Source: Paramoeba atlantica (Eukaryota > Protista > Discosea). Taken from it: DNA of 64,000 nt. Position numbers and translations under genes: made by a program. A model generated the notes under the pieces. It was not told the origin of the DNA. It was given only the letters and a program-made list of their open reading frames with translations, and ran no database searches. Below are positions 23,967 through 35,394 of the stretch, piece after piece. The stretch is from assembly GCA_977017575.1 (NCBI GenBank), contig CDRNVI010000004.1, positions 124,001 to 188,000 on the forward strand. The letters are read 5' to 3'. Each line of letters begins with the position of its first letter. The first letter of the stretch is position 1.

Positions 23967-24064
23967 TAGATCATGTAGGATATACTCCAAAACCGCCACT
24001 CAAAGATGCAGGGTAGATTATCTCGTTAAAACAACCCGTACAACAACAATTTCGTCACAGTTTG

Positions 24065-24218
24065 TTTTGTAACACTATTCTTTGTAACATTATTCTTTGC
24101 ATCAGTATTCTTTGTAACAGTATTCCTTGTAACAGTATTCTTTGTAACAGTATTCTTTGTAACAGTATTCTTTGTAACAGTATTCTTTGTAACAGTATTC
24201 TTTGTAACAGTATTCTTT
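24065..24218. repeat. 15-bp tandem repeat (AACAGTATTCTTTGT) x~10
   Basis: Directly visible. Confidence 0.95.
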
Positions 24219-25464
24219 GATGTCCTCTGTGCTCAGTAGCAACATTTTTGTAGAAAAAAACAGTCTAAATATACATGAAACTTTTTTTTTATTTTCCTTC
24301 TTTTTCTACTTCCTTTTTTTACTTTCCTTGTTTTTTCGTCTGAAACTTTGGATCCATGTTCTACATCCGCTGTTGTCCTGCCCACTACTTCTACGCTTCT
24401 CATCCTTCACCCCTTGAATCTTCACCTTGTCAGGTACTTTTAACAAATACAGAGTTTGGCATTTCCCGGCCCTCGATATCAGCACTTCATAAGGGGTTGT
24501 CGTTGGTACAGCACATTTACCTGCGTCAGGCGTAGGCTCCTACTTCTCGCGTAGGTTGAGGTGCATATAATGATGCTCGAAGCATCAGCATCGACTCATA
24601 AGGAGATCCCCATCAATGCCCCTTTTCGGCGTGAAAATATTGTTTGATACAAAATTAAGGGCGAGAAATCTGAGTGTAAAAGTCCAATAATAATTTATTA
24701 ATAATTTATCAATAATTTATTAATAATCTATTAATAATAATTATTATTACCGAACTGAATTATTAATAATCCTGCAGCTATGAACATGATATGAAAATGG
24801 GTAAAAATGTACGATGAGAAAAAAAAAATGTTCAGAGTACTTAAAGCATATGAACAAGGTGTTAGAGAGCGGGGGGTGGAACATTGGATATTAAACTTGT
24901 CTTTGTGTAATCTTCTTTCCCTGCAGTGATTGTATTTATGGGGGGTTACCCGGCAAATATATCAAAAAATGGAATGTTTTTTGTAAAACAAATCATTTGT
25001 TCGGCTCATTTTTTCCAAAAAATATTTCGATCCTAAGAGTCGAGAAAAACCAGTTTAAACGGCGGGAAACGCACCTAAGTGAAATTCTCTACACGTTCAA
25101 AAAAAAGATTATAAAAAACAGACCTGTTTTTCAATTTTCGAGGGGGGGGACTTATAGCTGATTGCTAGTGTAAGTCAAGGAATATTGGATAAGTCAAGAA
25201 GCACTTCTGTCCTGCTCCCGGTGAGGCCCCGGAGTTGCGAGAGGCCTCCATACCCCACAACTACCACCTCCCCCCCCCCCCCTATTTAGCGGGGGTCGCG
25301 CGAGCAACGCCTGATAAATGGGGGGAAGGTGGTAGTTGTTTTGGGGAATATGAGAGGCCGAACGCACGGAGGGGCCGGCCGGGACAATGAACCCCGACCT
25401 TCTTTACCCGTGTACGACAGAAACCGGCGAATGCTAGGCGTAACATTAAGCTGAGAAGCCCAAG

Positions 25465-26247
25465 TCAATTCACCTTTGCTCCCGGTGAGGCCCCGGAGTT
25501 GCGTAAAGGCCTCCATTCCCCACAACTACCACCTTCCCCCCTATTTAGCGGGGGGGAAAAGAGCTTCATGCGGTTGGTGCGGACGTCCTCTGCATTGCCA
25601 AGGCGACCGCCCCGACTTTTTAGCTCCTTTTTGAGACTTGAATTAGCTGCCTCCACGGTGTTCGTGTGAACACCAGTTGCAGCAACCCACTACTTCTTGT
25701 GGTTTACTACACCATGGCGCCACTCTCTACTTAGGTACTTGCTTGCTGCGGCACCTCCGGTGGTATCAAGCACTTGATCACAATTCACAAGTGTATGGTA
25801 CCAGGAAGATCCGTCACGACGTACTCTTTTCCCTTTCCCACATCCCATGCGTTTAATCTTGGAAGCGCAAGTCTCGTCTTTTTGCATAAAGACTACCGTG
25901 CCTTCGGCCGCATCAAAACGCATGTCGTGCGCCATGGCAATTATGAACTCAAGCATTTGCGTGACAGCCATAACAGTCACTCTACTCGGCGTACTTTCGC
26001 GCAAAATATGCTTGACTGCTATTCCTTGCGCCAAAATGTATAGGATCTGCAGAGTGTCTTTGATGCCCCGTTTGCTCTTCTGACTGAAAAGGGGTTCCAT
26101 GATGCTGTACCGAGCCTGGCAACCGTTGGTCTCCAGGTCAGGGCAATACCAAAACTCTCCGTCGCAGACGCAAAATAACTCCTTATTTCCATGGTACTTT
26201 TTTTTGTTACACCAGACCTGTTGTGCCACCAGCCGATGATTCCGCAA
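25465..26247 (-). pseudogene. Merlin (IS1595-like) transposase, frameshifted
   Basis: N-terminal Cys pairs, VVFMQKDETC...GKGKR.R, and HTNTVEAANSSLKK (cf. IS1595 HTNTIEG.WS.LK) in the next frame. Confidence 0.7.
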
Positions 26248-26469
26248 CCAACGAGCTACGATTTCTTCACTCTAGTCCCCAAAATTAATGAAAGACAGAT
26301 GCTCAATGCAAATAAAGTCGTCACAAGCCTCACAAAACCAGTTCACACTACGCTGAGGCATAAAAAAAGAAACAACACAAGTTACGGCTTATGCATTATT
26401 CCTTGACTTATGCAATATTCCTTGACTTATGCAATATTCCTTGACTTATGCAATATTCCTTCAATTATG

Positions 26470-27070
26470 CAAGTGGCCAGTGGGCCAGCCCTTGAAAAAG
26501 TGGCCAGCTGACCACCCTCTGAAAAAGTGGTCAGCTGACCACCCCCTGAAAAAGTCGCCACCTGGCCACACAAGTGGTCAGCTGGCCACACTAGTGCCCA
26601 CACAGAGTGGCCACCTGGCCACTCTAAGAAAAAATGTCCAGCTGGCCACCCTCTGAAAAAGTCGCCACCTGACCACACCCTGAAAAAGTGGCCACCTGGC
26701 CATCCTCCGAAAAAGTGGCCAGCTGACCACCCCCTGAAAAAGTCGCCAGCTGGCAACACCCTGAAAAAGTGGCCACCTGGCCACCCGCTGAAAAAGTGGC
26801 CACCTGCCCACCCTTTGAAAAAGTGACCATCTGGCTACCGTCTGGAAAAGTGGCCGCCTGGCCACCCCCTGAAAGAGTGGCCACATGGCCACCCTAAGAA
26901 AAAGTGGCCAGCTGTCCTTTCATGCAGGAGGTGGCCAGCTTGAGACTTTTTTTGGACGTCGCCATTCATCTTACGTATACGAAATGCAAAATGCATTTTT
27001 TGGTAGTCAGCTGGCTATTTTTCCAGGTGGTGGCCATCTCACCATTGTGCCAGGGCGTGGCCAGCTGGTC
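26470..27070. repeat. ~27-bp minisatellite (GAAAAAGTGGCCACCTGGCCACCCCCT), preceded by a 19-bp repeat at ~26395-26470
   Basis: About 18-20 degenerate copies rich in TGGCCA palindromes. Confidence 0.9.
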
Positions 27071-28263
27071 ACTTTTTCAAGGCCGAGAAAATCATACCTT
27101 TTTTTCGTTCATTTGTTGTGCCGTCGGCGAGTGAAAAGAGTTTTAAAAAAAATGATAGTTCTGGAAGTTAGTTTAGGAGCTCAAAAATATTCCCCAAACT
27201 TTGAAACAGCTGTAGTCTGTCAATTTTGGGAACATGATCAAGCATCTTCGCGTTTTTTTCGGATTTGAAATGTCCGTCTCTGAGCCGCATTCCGAGTCGC
27301 GTTTTTGGTAAAAGGGTTCTAGAAACTGCTGATTGTACTCGATTTTTTTCTTTTTTGGAATATTACAGAGATTGATTGATGAGTCATACCTCTGTTTTTA
27401 AAATTTTAAAAAAATCATTTTTGTACTCGTTTTATGCCCATTTTAGGCTCGCGGAATTAACCTTAGTAAGCGAGTTGGATACCGCATCTCCCTCAATAAA
27501 ATACACTCAACACAATTATTTATGTAACAAAAAACAGGAAAACAAAAATTTGTGTATTTTTTATTGTGCAACATTTTTAAAAATGGAAATTTTATTATTA
27601 TTATTTTGCTCAAATTCTAAAAAAAGAATTTTTTGAACCTATCATGAGCAACGATGTGGGCGATATGTTGCGGTTGAAGTCCCTTGTGATTTCATCCCAG
27701 GATGATCGGGAAAACTATGATCTTACCACCGACGAAAAGGAATAGCTCTTCGAGAATACGCGTGGAAAGTTTAGCGGGGAAGGGGTGCGGATAAAATTCG
27801 AAAGAAAATTTAATCGATGTCTTAGCGCCTCGGCTGTATCAAAATACAAAAAGATACTGTCTTTTATATGATGAGGTATCGGTTCGTGGACGTACTGCCC
27901 TCTTGAATCGAGAGGAAGAATCCATAGTAGAAGCTAATAATTATTACGTTAATAATTATTAATAATTTCTATTATTGGGAGGAGACAAATTATTAAGAAT
28001 TATTAAGATTTGATGGCAGGCCCGAAATATGGCAGTGACAGGGAAGACCGCGAGGACGGCCTGCTCACAAGTAAGTTTTTCAGCGGTATTTCTCATTTTG
28101 CTTGCGACATTTCAAAGCCAATACGTCGAGTCGTCAGGACTTCTAACGAACCACCAATCCATTAGAATATCGCTGTCCGAGGCTTTCGGCATTGACCAAA
28201 ATGTGACAAAAATAAGTGTATAATAATTCTAAATAATTATTAATAATCATTAATAATAATTTA

Positions 28264-29077
28264 TTGGTAGAGGTTAAAAATATTAATAATTCTGCTACTA
28301 TGGAGGAATCACGTCTTCTAAAGGCTTTTATCTTGATTAGACAGACTGGGGCATCTATTGAGGCGGGTAGAGTGGCCAATATAGCTAGAGGAATTAAAGA
28401 ACAAAGCCAAAAAGGAACAACAACGTTAAGCGACGGTCCTTTGAAGTTTTCAATTTCCTGGGCAAACTCATGGATGCATAGAAACGGAATTCGAGTGCGT
28501 CGAGCTACCACAACTCGAACAGTAACTCTTTTAGAAATCGTGAAAGCAGCGGAGATTTTCTTTTCTGAACTTCGAAAAATAAGCCTTATAGGACTTCGAA
28601 AAGAAATGGTTTTCAATGCGGATGAGTTCCAATCTAAAATGGACTTGGGAGCGCATTGAAACTGGACAGAAGCGCAGTATTGCTATTCAGAACCGGAAAG
28701 GGGGGTTTACATGCAATATTTTGACAAATGCTGCAGGAGACATTAAATTACTACAGTTCATCTTTCAAGGAACGTCCCGCATGTTTGTCGACATTCCGGA
28801 GAGCGATCGTATCCTGCAATGTGCTCGCACAGGGTCACATTACCAAGACTCAAGCACTTGGACCGAGTTTCTCGAAAGATTCTTGCGTATTGTACGTATC
28901 GAACGCCAAAAAAATGGAGACCCAGATGCCACAGCAGTTCTCATAATAGATGGAGCTACCCAACATTTGCATACCGCCGCTGCGATCGAATCAAAGAATT
29001 GCAAATGTATTCAGATTCCGGCAAAAATGACTCACGTCTTTCAGCCTGCCGACCAATTTGTACACGTCCAAATATAG
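28264..29077 (+). pseudogene. pogo/Tigger-family transposase (CENP-B-type HTH + DDE_1), frameshifted
   Basis: FSISWANSWMHRNGIRVRR, VFNADE, LQFIFQG, VLIIDGATQH, IPAKMTHVFQPADQ. Confidence 0.85.
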
Positions 29078-29920
29078 ATACATTAGTCACACCACCTACA
29101 TTTCCCTCAATAAAAAAAAATCGGTTCACCGGCACTATAAATGTAGGTTGAAAACAAGTAAAATTTGTTTGAACAATCTTGCCCAAAAGGACTCAGGAAA
29201 AAGTTCTTGATCTTTCGTTGATCTCTTTTCTTATTTTTTTTTGCTTACTTACCAGACCACACGTTTTTTCGATCAGATGTGCCCCCTACCTCTAATGGTA
29301 AGACCCCAAAAAACGTCCGAAATATGGGGAGAATACGAAATATGGGGAGAATCGGGTATTTCTACCAAAAGTTGGATTATTCTGGATCGTTTCGCAATTT
29401 TTTCCTTTTTAGTCCCTTCATTAAACGCGGAAGCAGTTCTCAACGCGAAGGGAGTAGCCGTGGTGGCTTCCAAGAGGGTTCAAGCTGGATGGGAGTGTCT
29501 GGGAGCGCCTGGGAGCGCACCTTATCCTTTTTACAGGTCACCAATACCAAGTAGACCACTGTAGTAGACCAATGTAGTATATATCCTGGGCGGTCCATTG
29601 AGTATTCCAAGTATTGAAATATAAGTTGGAACGTCATGAGTATGAGTGGAAACGTTTTAAAAAGTCACGTAAAAGTTTTTTCGAGCGGAAAAAAATCATC
29701 AGAAAAAAATTGATTTTAACCTACATTTATAGTGCCGGTTACCCAAAAACTCTTCTCAAAAATTTGTGCAACAAATATTTGTGAATTTTTTATTGTGCAA
29801 CAATTTCAAAAGTTGCAAGGGGTGTACGCCATCCATAGAACAACATTTTCAGTAGTTTTCAGTAGAATCGAAGTCACCAATATTATTCAGGCTAATGTTG
29901 TGCACCCTAGACAGGGTATA

Positions 29921-31131
29921 CAGGGGGGGGCCACGAAAACTGACTAGCTTCGCATTTTAGCCTCGTGAGGCCGTTTGTGCTATTTTTTGTTGCAAACGAG
30001 AGATCTCGTTCTGAATATCGTGTCTACGCTATTTAGAACTCGTTTGTATAAACCTGATATTTTGTATTTCGAAAATACTGAAATTTAAGACGATTTATTT
30101 TGCAAAAAGCATAAAAAATAGTAAAAAAGTTGGTTTTCTCTTCTTTTTTCTTCACTATGGGCAAGCGGCATAGATTAAACCGTCGCCAATTGTCCCCAGA
30201 GCAGTCTTCGTATTCCATACGCATTGTTTGCGCACACGAAAGACATCGTGGTACAAGTATTGAAGACACGGCACGAATGATGAACTGTTCTGAGAGCTCT
30301 GTCTATCGGTACAAGGCACGTTTTGATGAGTCAGGTGACGTGGCACGTGCGAGCTACTCGCTCGATAATGCCGTTGATACGGAGGAATTCCGTGCTATGC
30401 TCTGTACCCTTGTTGATGATGAGAAAGACACGTCATTCGGGTGTCCGGGGTTTAAATGGGTACACAAGAGAGTGTTTCCACGAGTTTTCCCAGAATGAAA
30501 CCGTAACAAACGAAGTTTTTCTGAGAACAATGAAGAAGCGAAATGGGCTTTTTAACTGGATGCATCGGCGGCCGGGGGCTGCTGTTGTCCTTGACAATGC
30601 GCCAGGGCACGGGGCAGCCCGGAGAATAGGTAAGCTGGAAGGAATTAAAATTATTGACTGGTCTTCGAAATCTCCTGATCTCAATTTGATTGAGAATTTG
30701 TGGAGTATGATGGATAAGTACATCCACACCCATCTTCGTCCGAAAAATCGAACGGAATTGCAAGCTGCTATTCCTAAGGCGAAGGACTACTTGTTGGCAG
30801 AGTGTCACGAGGCGTATGTGAACACGTTACAGAGTCTTCCCACACGCCTCGCTACTCTACGTGAGCGTGGAGGTGGGAATACTGGATATTAAGACTTAGT
30901 TTCTACCGCGAAAGGCCAAATATTACTATTTTGCGCTCTTTTTTCAATTTGCAAAATCTCAAAAATTTCAGTTTTTCGACCCATGGGAAAGGCTTGCTTT
31001 CATCAGTTTTTGTATTCTAAATAGCGTAGACACGATATTCAGAACGAGATCTCTCGTTTGCAACAAAAATTAGCTCAAACGGCCTCACGAGGCTAAAATG
31101 CGAAGCTAGTCAGTTTTCGTGGCCCCCCCTG
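29921..31131 (+). mobile_element. Tc1-like transposon with long TIRs and TA TSD; degenerate DDE_3 transposase (30158-30892)
   Basis: TA|CAGGGGGGGGCCACGAAAACTGACTAGC ... GCTAGTCAGTTTTCGTGGCCCCCCCTG|TA; VLDNAPGH...WSSKSPDLNLIENLW. Confidence 0.92.
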
Positions 31132-31867
31132 TATAGACGAAATCAATGCGGAAATACAAAAAGAACGTATCAGACGTACGCAAAATTACGAAAATCATTT
31201 GTAAAAAACGAAAACAAATGCATTTTTTTCTCAAAAAAATAGGGTCAATCTAGGGTACATTTTTGCCGGATAATAGCCAAAAAAATCAGGAATTACCCAA
31301 AACCGGTGGTAGTTACTCAAATAAAACTTTAGTATTTGAGCGCACGGTATTCTAGTTTTTTTTGAATTCGTTGACATTTAGTTACTTTTAGGAAAACTTT
31401 TGAAAAGTGTGTAAACTTCTTTCAATCTCATCACATTTATGCAGCATATATTACCCGAAACTGTTTCCAGCCCAAATACTCCGAATCCGTAGCCAAACTT
31501 TGGCTGACAAAGCCATTGTGGTGCCAATATACTGTATATTATCCGACAAACATTTTTCCGAAAAATGTTTGTGCTGTGCTTAACATTGTTAAAGGATTCT
31601 CGAATGCTGCAAAAATGAACTAAAACGGATAAAAAAATTATTATTTCCGCGGGGGGGGGCAAGACTTCAGAGAAGGGATGTATTTGTCATCTTATTTGGC
31701 ATCAAAAGGCGGCACTAGTAGTACACTACAACTTTTGTTCCAAAAATAACGAACTGGTTGTATACGTATGAAAAAATAGTCAAAGTTGTTAACCCCCCTA
31801 GGCCCACCGGAAGCCTACCCCCCAAAGCATTGTTTTTCTTCTAATTAATCTTCTTTTGAACTTTTTA

Positions 31868-34516
31868 CTAATCCTTGTCAAGGCTGCAGGCAAGTAGATT
31901 TGAAAAATAATCTAATGAGGTCTCGAATTCATTCGGCAGAATGACGTCAACCGCGTAAAGCGTTTCTACAGCTTTTATTAAACATCTATGTGACATATTT
32001 CTTTCAGCTGACGTGATCGAAACGCATTTGTCTGTAACATAGCGTAAAAAGCGGAGTAGGTGAATGAGAAAAGGAATAAATTTAGTCATTTCAGCACGTA
32101 TTTCCTTAAGTATAGTTCCGCAGTGCTTTTTCTGGATAAACAACCCCATACCTTTCCTGGTACCCATTTCCGCGAGCCCATCAACCGACATGTCAGTACT
32201 GTGCTTCCGGATGCAAAACTGAACCAGTGTTTGGACGTCATCAGTATGACGCATTCTGGCGATGCCTCCCCTGTGTGCGGCTCCCCGATTCACATGGCTT
32301 CTTTCCTCCCAATCTCCCGTAGAGTTATCCTCTTCGATATCTCCTACGCCATCAACAGAGCGCATTGAGTCACACGCCGTCTCCTCCACTTCTCTCATAT
32401 CATGACCGCCACTGAGAAGTGCTTCGCGAAACGCGAGTTCTCGCAATGTGCTGTTTCGCGTGAAAAGGACGCGAATCAAAGTCGTGTAAAGGCTTAACAT
32501 TTTACATAAATACAGAGGCACGGAATACTCAAGCTCCGACGGCGAGTCAGCATCCACTTTTTCTAATAGTTTTTGCATACGACACAATATTTCATGAAGA
32601 AACAGACAAAATTCAGCTCGGAGGGGAGAGGGTGTAGATGTCTTACCAGCAGGCAACTCCATACAATACATATTCTTCTCCGATAACTCGATTAAACCGA
32701 GGAGGCAAGAACTCACAAACCGAATCTCATTAATGTGCTTACATGTAACAGCGTCTAGGGAATAGTTGTTTGCTGTCTGTTTCCATACCGTTTTCCAGCT
32801 TAAGCAGCCTACCTCGTTCAAAAGTCGTGTCAGTGTACTATACGTTCCTATAGTCGCAAGGTAGCGAATAAAGTCATAAAAGATAGTAAGGTCCGAGTCA
32901 TCTCTTGGGAGGAGAAGAAGGGCAACTCGTGTGAGAGCCTCCTCTATACGTTTGTTCGCATGAAAATATAACGATTGCTTTGCAATGTTTCGTGATAATA
33001 TGCTGAGAGCATGAAAATAGTGAAAACGGGTGTCCAGTGTAACGTCGTTGTTTTCACTTCGCAACAGACTCACTGCCAGTTCTTCATTTTGTTGTGGATT
33101 ACCCGATAGAAGAGTTGAATACCGAATGGTCTCCCCTCGTGATTTGCCGAGTAGCACAGGTTTTGTCATTTTCCCACCACCCACGTAGGCCACCACGCCG
33201 TTTCGAATACTGGTCTCGTAGTCAGCTAAGTCCGTACGAACCGAGAGGCACCATAGATGGATGAGGTGTGAAAGAATGTGTAAAACAGCACCTTCATTTT
33301 TTTGGTATCGCAAGACAGTGTGATGCAGCATCGTGTAGATGTATCGTGTCAAGACTTTGTTATCGAACGTTTTATTGCCCGGAACTTGTTCCGTACCTCC
33401 GGTAGGGCCTCGTGAAATTTTTTCCAAACGTTTCCAAAATTGATTTGCTAGCACTGGTGTCATACAGGCGTGATTCAACAGATAACAATACAACCACGTC
33501 AGGAGTGAGATACCGAGTTCATCTACATCCACCTTAATCGTTCCGTTTACAATATTGGAAAGGAAGGAGGATTCAATGCATTTCCGATTTCTCGGTAGCG
33601 CTGAGTGATTAGATCCCTCGCGCAGAAGTGATCCCCATAGTTTCTTGTTCCTAGCACATATTTCCAGTATATAAGGTGTACAAAGAAGCAACGTTCGGTT
33701 GCGCTGACAGATGCGGTCACACAATGCATTAAACATTGGAACGTCCGTCGATTCCATTTTTTCCGGCAGGATGGAGAGACCGTGAATAATGAAATCTGAT
33801 GCATCCTGCGGCGGTAAATGACGGTTTGCCAACTTTTTCCAAAGTCTTCGCAATCCACCTAAGCCAGCATTTTGACACGTCGCTATTCTTACCAAACATC
33901 TTACGGGAAGAGAACGATTGGTCACCATTTTTTCAGCGCGTGCTTTCCATACTTCAGACACTTCTTCGGGATGCTTTTGCTGCAAAACTAGAAACAACTC
34001 TAGAAAAATCCCATCCGAGGTGTCCTTTAAAAGGTAAGGATTGACAACCAATAATCTTCGAAGCAAAGGTAAATGTACATTATTATGAAGAGCAAAGAAG
34101 GATAAAATGACATGAATCTCTTGCGTTGAAAGCGAAAGGGTGGGTCTTTCACCGTGCTTAGATCTTGTTGATGTGGGCAATTCTTTTCTCCCCTGTGACC
34201 CCCCCTGCCTTTCTGCAGGACACGAGAGCTCCTTCCTGTTCTCAATATCAGCATTCCACAGAGATGCTGCATTATAGCACAAAGTCTGAAAGAAAAGAGG
34301 ATACGCAACACCCAATCGGGTGATATTACTCATCAAAGTAAATACGGTATTACGAGGGAAAACATGACGACCTTCTCTAATTTCTTTAATAAGCTTTTCG
34401 GGAGGATCAACGCTCGGACTGTTCAATACAAGATCCAAAGACTCAAGGAGTAATCCGGGTGCAATACGTTTGAGGGCGATAGATCTCTCAATCAGTCGAC
34501 TAATGACTCGTTGCAT
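31868..34516 (-). CDS. Hypothetical protein, 882 aa, Leu-rich and probably alpha-helical (possibly organelle-targeted)
   Basis: Long uninterrupted ORF; Arg-rich N-terminus (MQRVISRLIERSIALKR); pyrimidine tract upstream; no family recognised. Confidence 0.8.
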   Translation of the reverse strand: MQRVISRLIERSIALKRIAPGLLLESLDLVLNSPSVDPPEKLIKEIREGRHVFPRNTVFTLMSNITRLGVAYPLFFQTLCYNAASLWNADIENRKELSCPAERQGGSQGRKELPTSTRSKHGERPTLSLSTQEIHVILSFFALHNNVHLPLLRRLLVVNPYLLKDTSDGIFLELFLVLQQKHPEEVSEVWKARAEKMVTNRSLPVRCLVRIATCQNAGLGGLRRLWKKLANRHLPPQDASDFIIHGLSILPEKMESTDVPMFNALCDRICQRNRTLLLCTPYILEICARNKKLWGSLLREGSNHSALPRNRKCIESSFLSNIVNGTIKVDVDELGISLLTWLYCYLLNHACMTPVLANQFWKRLEKISRGPTGGTEQVPGNKTFDNKVLTRYIYTMLHHTVLRYQKNEGAVLHILSHLIHLWCLSVRTDLADYETSIRNGVVAYVGGGKMTKPVLLGKSRGETIRYSTLLSGNPQQNEELAVSLLRSENNDVTLDTRFHYFHALSILSRNIAKQSLYFHANKRIEEALTRVALLLLPRDDSDLTIFYDFIRYLATIGTYSTLTRLLNEVGCLSWKTVWKQTANNYSLDAVTCKHINEIRFVSSCLLGLIELSEKNMYCMELPAGKTSTPSPLRAEFCLFLHEILCRMQKLLEKVDADSPSELEYSVPLYLCKMLSLYTTLIRVLFTRNSTLRELAFREALLSGGHDMREVEETACDSMRSVDGVGDIEEDNSTGDWEERSHVNRGAAHRGGIARMRHTDDVQTLVQFCIRKHSTDMSVDGLAEMGTRKGMGLFIQKKHCGTILKEIRAEMTKFIPFLIHLLRFLRYVTDKCVSITSAERNMSHRCLIKAVETLYAVDVILPNEFETSLDYFSNLLACSLDKD

Positions 34517-35394
34517 AAGGAAATGGTATTAGAGGAACTAGAGGAATCGTGTTATATACCGTCAGAGTACTTATTAACTGAATAAAAATCATTGGAATAA
34601 ATATTAAATGGGGGTACGACTTAATGTACCGGGTACCCTTTTATACCGGGGGGGTATAATCGCTACCCAATATACCCCCCCTGGGCACCGTGGAAAACAA
34701 GGGGGTGGGGGGTATAAACGCTCAAAAAAAAATAGAGCGTTTATACTCCCCACCCCCTTGTTTTCCACAGTGCCATCATGTAATGCGCCTTTTAACCTCC
34801 TTGGTTACGATTGTCTACAACGCTTTCCCGCTTTAGTCGTATTAAAATATTGCGGTGGTTGTATAACTACCGCTCTACCCTCGTTTATTGAAAAAAAAGT
34901 GAACAAAAACAGTGAAAATATAAAGCGGAACACATTACTATACCCCCCCTGCTTATGAGTTCCCTCGTTTTGAGAAAAAGGAACTCATAAGCGTACCAGA
35001 CCAGAAATCGAGCCGTAATAAAACGAAAATTCGGGCCAGCGGCGCGAAGCGCCGCGGGTTCTCATTTACAATGATACTGGCACTAAAAAAAATTTCCGCT
35101 TAGTGTGCAAGTCTGCACAGCAGCCTGACGTACAGTAGTTGGGACATTGCGGTGGTTGTATAACTACCGCTCTACCCTCGATTATTGAAAAAAAAGCGAA
35201 CAAAAACAGTGAAAATATAAAGAGGAACACTGTAATATAAACCCCCCTTCATCAATAAGACGCCCCACCTTATTTTTGGCACAGCGCGACGTGGAGTGTT
35301 TATTCAATGCAGAATCATATTTAGATCTGCAGAGGTAAATTTCTACCTATGCTACGGTCGCATACGACGACCCCGCATAGGCTGTTTTACTAGC

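Noticed and set aside
26427-26892. Repeat proteins (GGQVATFS)n
   Set aside because: They arise from a 27-bp minisatellite open in several frames; no coding evidence
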